The position numbers were made by a program, and so were the translations under genes. Below the pieces are notes generated by a model. It ran no database searches. It was not told the origin of the DNA and saw nothing but the letters and a program-made list of their open reading frames with translations. Below are positions 28,401 to 35,360 of a stretch of DNA of 64,000 nucleotides, piece by piece. Origin of the DNA: Planctomycetota bacterium (GTDB taxonomy: Bacteria; Planctomycetota; UBA1135; JAKEFM01); NCBI GenBank assembly GCA_022616055.1, contig JAKEFM010000315.1, positions 8,366 through 72,365 of the forward strand, in the 5' to 3' direction. Position 1 is the first letter of the stretch, and the number at the start of each line of letters is the position of its first letter.

Positions 28401-28676
28401 GTGATCGAATCCTCCCTCCCCGGGGCCGACCTGGTCGAGCAGGGGCTCGCGGACCTCGCGAGCGGGGTCGAGTCGAACGCGGCCCTCCTCGTCCTGATCG
28501 GGGCGCCGCGGCTCCGTCGCCTCGGGGTCGAGGTCCCGCGGACGGGCGTGGTCCGGCCCGAGCACCGTCTCTACGAGAGGCTCGCGGCCGAGGCGGGCGA
28601 CGCCGCCCACTCCCGCTACAACGCGCTCGTCCGCCGCCTCGTGAGCTTCGAGAGGGCGCTCGCGTGCGCGCGCTAG
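28401..28676 (+). CDS. hypothetical small protein, upstream partner of a nucleotidyltransferase-like protein
   Basis: 91-aa ORF starting at GTG 28401, overlapping the next gene by 13 nt. TAGAAT lies 7 nt upstream of the start. I do not recognise a family. Coding status is supported mainly by the overlap architecture. Confidence 0.5.
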   Translation: MIESSLPGADLVEQGLADLASGVESNAALLVLIGAPRLRRLGVEVPRTGVVRPEHRLYERLAAEAGDAAHSRYNALVRRLVSFERALACAR

Positions 28677-29203
28677 CCGACGAGGCTCGGATCCGCGAGT
28701 TCCTGCGCGCGCTGGGGGGGGAGGCGAAGGCCCCGTGCCGCCTCTACCTCACCGGGGGAGCGACGGCGGTCCTCCTCGGGTGGCGGGAGACGACGGTCGA
28801 CGTCGACGTGAAGTTCGTCCCGGAGGCCGGCGAGGTCTTCGACGCGATTCCCCGGCTCAAGGAGTCGCTGCGGATCAATGTCGAGCTCGCCAGCCCCTCC
28901 GATTTCATTCCGCCGCTCCCCGGCTGGGAGGACCGCAGCCGGTTCGAGAAGCAGGAGGGGAGGCTCGCCGTCTACCACTACGACTTCTACTCCCAGGCGC
29001 TCGCGAAGCTCGAGCGGGAGCACGAGCAGGATCTGGAGGACGTTCGGGAGATGATTCGCCGCCGTCTCGTGGAGCCCGCGAAGCTCCTGGAGTTCTTCCA
29101 GAGGATCGAGGCGGACCTCCGCCGGTACCCCGCGATCGACCCGCCCACGTTCCGGCGCAGCGTCGAGGAGATGGTCCGGGGAGCCGGCTCGACCGGATCC
29201 TGA
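28664..29203 (+). CDS. minimal nucleotidyltransferase-fold protein (DUF6036/MNT-like)
   Basis: 179-aa ORF (GTG start). LYLTGGATAVLLGWRETTVDVDV fits the GG-x(n)-DxD minimal NTase motif. The rest resembles DUF6036-type proteins as far as I can recall. Confidence 0.65.
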   Translation: MRALADEARIREFLRALGGEAKAPCRLYLTGGATAVLLGWRETTVDVDVKFVPEAGEVFDAIPRLKESLRINVELASPSDFIPPLPGWEDRSRFEKQEGRLAVYHYDFYSQALAKLEREHEQDLEDVREMIRRRLVEPAKLLEFFQRIEADLRRYPAIDPPTFRRSVEEMVRGAGSTGS

Positions 29204-29206
29204 CGG

Positions 29207-31048
29207 TCAGTCCCGCCGGAGCTCGACGACGCGGACGTTCCGGAAGGAGACCCGCGAGGCCTCGTCGTGGTTCTGGAGGCCGACGAATCCCTCGGTCGAG
29301 CGGTCCCCGACGAAGCGGTTCACGACCCGCCCGTTCACGCGCACCTCGTAGCGGCTCCCGATGGCGAGAACCTCCATGTGGTTCCAGGAGCCCGGCTCCG
29401 CCGTAGGGACGCGGCTCGAATCCTGGAAGTCGTAGATCGAGCCCGTGCGATGTTTCGGGCCTCCGGTGTCGCAGATCTGGATCTCGTACCCCTTGTTCAC
29501 GGCGACCCAGGGGTCGTTCCCGGGGTCGGGGAAGCGGACGAAGACGCCCGCGTTGTCCTCGCGGCGCGCGACCCTCCAGTCGAGGAGGAGGAGGAAGTCC
29601 TTGAGCGGCCGCTCGTGCCAGAGGAGCCCCATCCCCCCGCGGCTCACGAGCGAATCTCCCTCGACGTCGAAGCCCCCGGGCCCCGCCATCTTCCACCCCG
29701 AGAGGTCCCCTTCGAAGAGGACGCGGAAGGAGGCGGCGTTCGTCGGCAGCTCCCTCACGCGGATCCCGCGGAACCGCGTTTCACCCGCCTCGGGGACGTT
29801 TTCGAGGCCGAGGAAACCAGCGCACCTTGCTTTGGGAGCGGACAAGGAGGAGGACGCGGCCCGACCGTTCGAACGGAGGAGGGTCTCGCCTTCGAGGCAC
29901 GCGATGTCCCATGCGTTCCACTCGCCGGGGGCTCGAAGGTGCATCGACGGCTCAGGGGTCTCTCTCCCCCCATGGGTCAGGAACCGCCCCGCCCAGTTGT
30001 CGGTGGACAGGATCGACGCGCTCTGGCTCGACGCCGTCATCGGGTCGTCTCCCGGGGTGGAGAGCCCGATGAGCACGAGGGGGCCCCAGTCCTGCTTGCC
30101 GCGCGCGAACTCGAGCCTCAGGAGGAAATTCTCGAACCGTCGGGCCCCGAACCACCAGAATCCGGGACCTCCCGAGAGCCTCGCGACACCCTCCGCGACC
30201 TCGAAGTCTCCCTCGCCACACCGTCTCCACCCGGGAGCGCGGTCCCGGCCGAGGAGGGGACGGAATCCTTCCGCGTCGACGTCGCGCCGGCTCGCCCAGC
30301 GGATCCCCTCGACGACGTGGGTGAGAAACCTCGGGTCTCGCCAGAGTTCCTCGCGGTGTCCGAGAGCCGTGTAGAAGACTCGCCCCTCCCCGAACTCGCG
30401 GCACCAGGCGAGGGCGAAGTCGCGGTCCTTCCGGTTCACCCCCTTCGCGCCGAGGTCGACGCTCGCGGGGTCGAGGGAGAGGAGGACGTGGACCCTCCCC
30501 CGATCCCACTCCTTGAACTGGTAGATCTCGTCCTCGATCTCGAAGCCGGGGGCGAGGTTGATGCTCGAGGGGTGCCAGGGGTCCTCGACGCGGACGCGGA
30601 CCTTCTGGACCCAGGGATGTCCGTCGAACCGGCCGCCGATCAGCTCGCCGTACGCCGGCCACTCGTAGAAGGTGTCCGCGGCGGAGTGGATCCCGACGAA
30701 GCCCCCGCCGCGCCGGACGAAGTCGAGGAGGGCCTCCTTCTGTCCGCCGGCGAAGGGGAGTTCTCCGGTCGTGTAGAGGGCGACGGCCTCGAAGCGCGCG
30801 AGGTTCTCCTTCGTGATGGCCGCGCAGTCCTGGGTCGCCTCGACCTCGAAGGCGCCGCGGGAGGCCTCCACGAGTCGGGCCTCCGCGAGAGAGAGCGCGC
30901 CGGGGGCCTCGGGTCTCGTGACGACCTCGTGGCGGAAGGCCGCGGAGTGCGTGAGGAAGAGGACGCGCGGCGGATCCGAGGCGGGGGCGAAGCCGGCGAC
31001 GAGGAGGAGGGCGAGGGGCGCCGGGAGGAGCAGGCTCGGAGTCGCCAC
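29207..31048 (-). CDS. secreted ThuA-like domain fused to two DUF1080 domains
   Basis: Full ORF of 613 aa (GTG start) with a signal peptide. The ThuA-like N-terminal half has RVLFLTHSAAFRHE, GGGFVGIHSA, GGRFDGHPW, RVFYTALGH. Two DUF1080-like modules follow (GFRPLLGRD..W ... FRGIRVREL and SFRVLFEGDLSGWKM ... VSFRNVRVVEL). Confidence 0.85.
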   Translation of the reverse strand: MATPSLLLPAPLALLLVAGFAPASDPPRVLFLTHSAAFRHEVVTRPEAPGALSLAEARLVEASRGAFEVEATQDCAAITKENLARFEAVALYTTGELPFAGGQKEALLDFVRRGGGFVGIHSAADTFYEWPAYGELIGGRFDGHPWVQKVRVRVEDPWHPSSINLAPGFEIEDEIYQFKEWDRGRVHVLLSLDPASVDLGAKGVNRKDRDFALAWCREFGEGRVFYTALGHREELWRDPRFLTHVVEGIRWASRRDVDAEGFRPLLGRDRAPGWRRCGEGDFEVAEGVARLSGGPGFWWFGARRFENFLLRLEFARGKQDWGPLVLIGLSTPGDDPMTASSQSASILSTDNWAGRFLTHGGRETPEPSMHLRAPGEWNAWDIACLEGETLLRSNGRAASSSLSAPKARCAGFLGLENVPEAGETRFRGIRVRELPTNAASFRVLFEGDLSGWKMAGPGGFDVEGDSLVSRGGMGLLWHERPLKDFLLLLDWRVARREDNAGVFVRFPDPGNDPWVAVNKGYEIQICDTGGPKHRTGSIYDFQDSSRVPTAEPGSWNHMEVLAIGSRYEVRVNGRVVNRFVGDRSTEGFVGLQNHDEASRVSFRNVRVVELRRD

Positions 31049-31188
31049 GGCAGGCCGTAGAGGGGGCAGTCTAGGCGGGGGGCCCGCCGGGAGGGGAGGG
31101 ACTCGATGCGGGCTCGGCCCTTGGAGACCGGACGGCGTCGGCGGACTATGGAGGGACGCGGAGTCAGCGTCCCGGGATCGAACGAGCG

Positions 31189-33849
31189 ATGGTGCGGCAG
31201 GAGGTTCGACGCATCCTGTGGCTCGCCCTCTGCCTGGCGTCTTGCCGGGCTCCCCGGGTGGCGACGGAACCGACGGCGGAGGTCCGAGGTCGGGTCGTTC
31301 GCCAGACCGACGGCGCGCCGGTGTCGGGAGCCGTCGTGTCCATCGTCACGGGGCGCCCGGAGATCGAGTATTCGCAGGTCCGGGAGCAGGTGGAGAGCGG
31401 CGAGGAGAGCCCTCGGTTCCACCGGGAGGCCGCCTTCGAGCAGCTCCGGCGCGATGGGGGAGGGTGGCGGCACGCCTTCCGCACGACGACCTCGGAGGAC
31501 GGGACCTTCGCCCTCTCCGTCCCGGCGAGCCTCCCGCCGTTCCGGTTCGAGGCGTGGTCGGAGGAAGGCAGCCTCGACGCGAGCGGGGAGCGGGTCGCTC
31601 TCGGACTCCCGGAGGTCGAGGCGGGTGTCCCTCTCGTCCTGGAGCCGGCGGGAGGTATCCGGGGGAGGATCCTCTCTCCGACGGGAACTCCCGTGCACGA
31701 CGCCCGAGTTTTCGTGCAGCCCCATTTCGCGAATCCATCGGGAATCGCGCGAGGCGGCTCCGCGACGACCGACGGGGAGGGGAGATTCTCGCTCTTCGGC
31801 CTCCCTCCGGGGCCGTGCACGGCGGCGGCGGCCGCCGAGGGATTCGGAGTCGCCGTCCGGGCCGACCTCGAGGTGGTCGCGGGAGGGGTCGCCCGGATCG
31901 AGGTCCGCCTCCCCCTCGAGTCCTTCCTCGAGGGTCGCGTCCTCGGACCCGACGGGCGGGGAGTCCCGGGAGCGTCCGTCATGGCCGAGCCTCAGCCTGT
32001 CCCCCAGAAGCGCTCCCCGGACGGGGCCTGGATCGACGAAAGCGTCCGCTCCTCCCCGTACAGACTGATCGCCTACGAACCCGTCGTGACGGACCGTCGC
32101 GGCCGCTTCCGCATGGGCTCGCTCTCGCCCGGCCCGCACGAGATCCGCGTGGAGAAGGCGGGGCTCGCCCCGAGCGAGCCGATCCAGGTCGATCTCCCCG
32201 CGGCGGGCGGCGTCCGCGATCTGCGGTTCGACCTCGAGCGGGGACTCTCGGTGTCGGGCCGTGTGCTCGACGTCGCCGGACGCCCCGTCCCGGGAGCGCA
32301 TGTCGGCGCCTGGTGGTTCGGTCCGGGCCGCTCCGTCGGGCAGTCGGGAAGGTCCCTCGCGGACGGCTCGTTCACCCTCGCCGGCCTCGGGTCGGACACC
32401 GTCGATCTCTACGCCGGGGAGAGGACGAAGGGGCTCGCGAGGATCCGGAACCTCGCCGCCGGCGCCCGAGACCTGGAGCTCCGACTCGGCGGCACCTTCG
32501 TCCTCTCGGGGAGGGTGCTCGACGCGGAGGCGCGGAGCCCGGTCCGCGCCTTCTCCGTCCAGGCGCGCCGCTTCGATTGGATCCGCGGCGAGGACGACTG
32601 GGTGGTCTACGACCAGCCCTTCGCCTCCGCCGAGGGCCGGTTCGAGCTCCGCGACCCTCCGCCGGGATCGTACGAGATCCTCGTCCGTGCCCCTGGCTTC
32701 TTCCCGCAGACGATCCGGGGGCTCCAGGTCTTCTTCGCGGGGGACACCCCGTCGATCGAGGTGGGGCTCGGTCGCGGCGCGACCCTCTCGGGCAGGGTCG
32801 TCGCGAAGGAGACGGGCACTCCGGTCGAGGGGGCGATCCTGACCCTCCAGGCCCACGACCCGCCGACGGACGCCGCGTGGAGGGAGACGGCCCGGCTCTG
32901 CGAGGCGCGGAGCGGGAGGTGGGGGACCTTCGAGATCCGCGGCGTCCCCGCCGGAAACTGGAGCGTCTCCGCTCGACGGCTCGGGTTCGTGCAGGACGCG
33001 AGCGAGCCGTTCGACCTGAAGGGTTCCGGCCCTCCGAGGGAGGTCGTGGTCGCGCTCTCTCCTACGGGCGGGATCGAGGGGATCGCCCTCGACGAGGAGG
33101 GGAAGCCTCTGTCCGGAGCGCGCGTGGCGGTGACTCCCCTCGCCTGGGACAGGAGAAGGCCGTTCGGGCCGCCGAAGACGGCCCTGACGGACGACGAGGG
33201 CCGGTACCGGGTGCTCGACCTGGTTCCCAACCAGTACCTCGTCTCGATCGAACCGCGCGCGGACTCCGCCGGGGGACGCGGGACCGTCGTCCTGCGGGGA
33301 CGCGAGGCCGTGGGTCCTGGAGAAGTGCGCCGGGTCGCGATGCGGGCGATCCGGCGGACCACCGTGCGGGGTCGAGTCTCGTGGTGCGCGGAGGGGGCGG
33401 AGGGAGTCCTCGTCCGGATCCAGCCCGAACGCGGGCCTTCGGACGCGATCGAAAAGGAGGACCTGCCCCGCGATCTTCCGGGGAAGACCGGGCCGGACGG
33501 TTCCTTCTCGGTCGCTGGGATCCCCATCGGCGAGGCGGAGCTGCGCGTGGAGACCGCCTCCGGGACCTTCACCCGGAAGGTCCGGCTCCCGGACGCGGCG
33601 GAGACCTGGATCGACTTCCCGCTCCCCCTGGGGGGGCTGGAGGGGCGGGTCCTGCGAGGTCGCGGAGGGGAGCCCGTCGCGGGCGCGGAGGTCCAGCTCC
33701 AGGGGCCGGTCACCCACCGATCAAAGACGGACGAGCGGGGGAGGTATGCGTTCCGACTCCTGCAACCGGGGACGTACGGGGTCCGCGTGCTCGGGAAGGA
33801 CGCGGTCGGATCCGCTCCCGCGCTCGTGGCGCTCTCGATCGTGGAGTAG
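31189..33849 (+). CDS. lipoprotein with many CarboxypepD_reg-like (carboxypeptidase regulatory-like) beta-sandwich repeats, ending at an in-frame TAG
   Basis: Full ORF of 886 aa with a lipoprotein signal (ILWLALCLASC). It has more than ten repeats of the pattern G.V.d..G.PV.GA.V.......t..dG.F.l..L..G.Y. Confidence 0.85.
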   Translation: MVRQEVRRILWLALCLASCRAPRVATEPTAEVRGRVVRQTDGAPVSGAVVSIVTGRPEIEYSQVREQVESGEESPRFHREAAFEQLRRDGGGWRHAFRTTTSEDGTFALSVPASLPPFRFEAWSEEGSLDASGERVALGLPEVEAGVPLVLEPAGGIRGRILSPTGTPVHDARVFVQPHFANPSGIARGGSATTDGEGRFSLFGLPPGPCTAAAAAEGFGVAVRADLEVVAGGVARIEVRLPLESFLEGRVLGPDGRGVPGASVMAEPQPVPQKRSPDGAWIDESVRSSPYRLIAYEPVVTDRRGRFRMGSLSPGPHEIRVEKAGLAPSEPIQVDLPAAGGVRDLRFDLERGLSVSGRVLDVAGRPVPGAHVGAWWFGPGRSVGQSGRSLADGSFTLAGLGSDTVDLYAGERTKGLARIRNLAAGARDLELRLGGTFVLSGRVLDAEARSPVRAFSVQARRFDWIRGEDDWVVYDQPFASAEGRFELRDPPPGSYEILVRAPGFFPQTIRGLQVFFAGDTPSIEVGLGRGATLSGRVVAKETGTPVEGAILTLQAHDPPTDAAWRETARLCEARSGRWGTFEIRGVPAGNWSVSARRLGFVQDASEPFDLKGSGPPREVVVALSPTGGIEGIALDEEGKPLSGARVAVTPLAWDRRRPFGPPKTALTDDEGRYRVLDLVPNQYLVSIEPRADSAGGRGTVVLRGREAVGPGEVRRVAMRAIRRTTVRGRVSWCAEGAEGVLVRIQPERGPSDAIEKEDLPRDLPGKTGPDGSFSVAGIPIGEAELRVETASGTFTRKVRLPDAAETWIDFPLPLGGLEGRVLRGRGGEPVAGAEVQLQGPVTHRSKTDERGRYAFRLLQPGTYGVRVLGKDAVGSAPALVALSIVE

Positions 33850-34449
33850 CGCGGAGTCGAGGTCCGGGAAGGGGAGAAGACGAGCGCCGACTTCGCCCTC
33901 CCGCCGGGCGGCGCCGCCGTCGTCCGGGTCGCCGACCCGGAAGGCGCCCCGAGCGCCGGCGTCGAGGTCTGGCTCGTGCCGAAGGGAGGGCAGGCGGATC
34001 CGACGAGTCTCCCCGAGCGCCGGGCGGTCACGGGCGGGGACGGCTCCGCGTGGTTCGGCGGAGTCCCTCCCGGGAAGTACGCCGCGATCCTCGGCGGACC
34101 GGGTCCCTTCCTGCCGAGGAGCCGGACCGCGGAAGTCGCCGCCGGGGAGACCTCGGAGTTCCAGGCGGTGCTCGTTCCCCCGACGCGCGTCCTCGTGAGG
34201 CTCTTCTCTTCCCCGGTCGGCGGAGCGAGCCGCCCCAGGCCCTCGAGGTCCGTCGACGCCCTCTTCGTCGACGAGGAAGGGAACACGCTCCCCGCGCTTC
34301 CCCACCCGGATCTCCCCGCCCTGTCTCCCGGCGAGTACCTCCTCCGCCTGCTCGAACCGGGCCGCGAGCCGGTCGACCACCCCGTCCGCATCGAGCCGCG
34401 GGGCGTTCAGGAGGTCGACCTGCCGCTCGACTCGGGGGGTCCGCGGTAG
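33850..34449 (+). pseudogene. in-frame continuation (200 codons) of the CarboxypepD_reg-repeat gene after TAG 33847..33849
   Basis: Hand translation straight after the TAG gives RGVEVREGEKTSADFALPPGGAAVVRVADPEGAPSAGVEVWLVPKGG..., continuing the same repeat pattern in the same frame. The ORF-track start (GTG 33976) falls inside a repeat unit. Confidence 0.6.
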
Positions 34450-34475
34450 GAGGAGCGGGGGGGGATCCCCGGGCC

Positions 34476-34557
34476 TCAGGCCGCGGCTTCGGGTGAGGTG
34501 AGGATCGGCGCGAGCGGGCGACGCGGGGCGGTCAGCCGAGCCGCGAGGTAGAGGAGG
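34476..34557. repeat. 82-bp diverged direct copy (77/82 by hand alignment) of the 3' end of the 35361..37463 gene
   Basis: Aligned by eye to 35361..35442. On the reverse strand it would encode LLYLAARLTAPRRPLAPILTSPEAAA-stop, against LLYLAARLTAARRPLAPILSSPDAAA-stop in the intact gene. Confidence 0.8.
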
Positions 34558-34562
34558 AAGAG

Positions 34563-34591
34563 TTGCCCAACGACAAACCGCTCCCTACTGT
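34563..34591 (+). promoter_or_regulatory. candidate sigma70-type promoter of the inserted lipoprotein gene
   Basis: TTGCCC (34563..34568), a 17-nt spacer, then TACTGT (34586..34591). It starts 6 nt after the end of repeat copy A. AGGAGG at 34615..34620 precedes ATG 34628 by 7 nt. Confidence 0.3.
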
Positions 34592-34627
34592 TCCCGCGCT
34601 TCAAGGAGAGCACCAGGAGGCAGGCCT

Positions 34628-35029
34628 ATGTCTGGGTCGCGACGTCCGGGGAACCGTCCCTACTTGTGGAACGGCCTGCTTCTCGTTTTCGGCGGCGCGG
34701 TCTCGCAGGGGTGCTCGCTCTTTGTCGGTTCGACGCAGCCGGTGATCATCACCGCGAGCGATCCCAGCGCTCAGATCATAGTGAATGGCCAGGTCGTCGG
34801 AACGGGAACGGCCACCGTGCAACTCCGTCGCAATCGGCCGCACAGCGTCATGGCGAAGGTGGGAGACCGGGCCGCCGCTGCTGCGATCGGGACGCAGATC
34901 TCGACGACGGGGATTCTCGACATCATCGGAGGCGCGATCTTCCTCGTCCCCTTTTTCGGCGTGCTTGGTGCCGGATTCTGGTCTCTAGACCAGGAAAGCG
35001 TGGTTCTCGCGTTGCCTCCAGGGGCATGA
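34628..35029 (+). CDS. small lipoprotein with PEGA-like domain and C-terminal hydrophobic segment
   Basis: 133-aa ORF with a strong Shine-Dalgarno. The lipobox-like region is LLLVFGGAVSQGCS. The stretch IITASDPSAQIIVNGQVVGTGTATVQL resembles PEGA-type domains. The C-terminal TM-like segment is ILDIIGGAIFLVPFFGVLGAGFW. Confidence 0.65.
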   Translation: MSGSRRPGNRPYLWNGLLLVFGGAVSQGCSLFVGSTQPVIITASDPSAQIIVNGQVVGTGTATVQLRRNRPHSVMAKVGDRAAAAAIGTQISTTGILDIIGGAIFLVPFFGVLGAGFWSLDQESVVLALPPGA

Positions 35030-35263
35030 CGGGCGGGAGTCGTGGCGATGCGCACCTCCCCGTCGCGCCCCCACGCGTTCCGGCACTTCGTGGCGTTCCG
35101 ACTAGAGGGCGGTGACGGGAATGCACCGCGCCGCGAAGAAGCAGAGTCCCGCTCGAATCGAGCGTTTCATCCTTGGGTCTTGCGGTTGCAGGTCGTCCTC
35201 GCAAGCCGGACGGGCCGGTGAGGCCGGCTCCTAGGAATGGGGCTCTGCCAAGGAATGTCAGGG

Positions 35264-35310
35264 CAGCCGAGCGGCGAGGTGGAGGAGGCCGATCAATACG
35301 GGGAGCGCCT
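35264..35310. repeat. 47-bp third, partial, diverged copy of the 3' region of the 35361..37463 gene
   Basis: Aligns by eye to 35418..35464 (42/47). It extends further into the gene than copy A does. Confidence 0.6.
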
Positions 35311-35360
35311 AACACTGCCCCGGTGAGATCACGGCGCGCCGATGTGACGCGTGCCGGGTC

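Larger units (their letters stand above)
34558..35360. mobile_element. putative integrated-element remnant (about 800 bp, lower GC by eye) bounded by copies of a gene 3' end, with no integrase present
   Basis: It is flanked by the direct repeats 34476..34557 and 35361..35442 and contains a third partial copy at 35264..35310. It carries one lipoprotein gene with its own AGGAGG Shine-Dalgarno and a promoter-like TTGCCC-N17-TACTGT. Confidence 0.4.

Noticed and set aside
28401-28676. Possible HEPN toxin (Rx4-6H) identity for the 91-aa partner of the NTase-like protein
   Set aside because: Only R-x2-H (RPEH) and R-x7-H spacings are present. No convincing Rx4-6H motif was found, so HEPN is not claimed.
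35030-35263. Possible small RNA or tRNA fragment (CGCTCgaatcGAGCG and other short hairpins) inside the inserted segment
   Set aside because: The stems are only 5-6 bp, the loops do not match tRNA T- or anticodon arms, and there is no flanking promoter or terminator signature. This is insufficient evidence.
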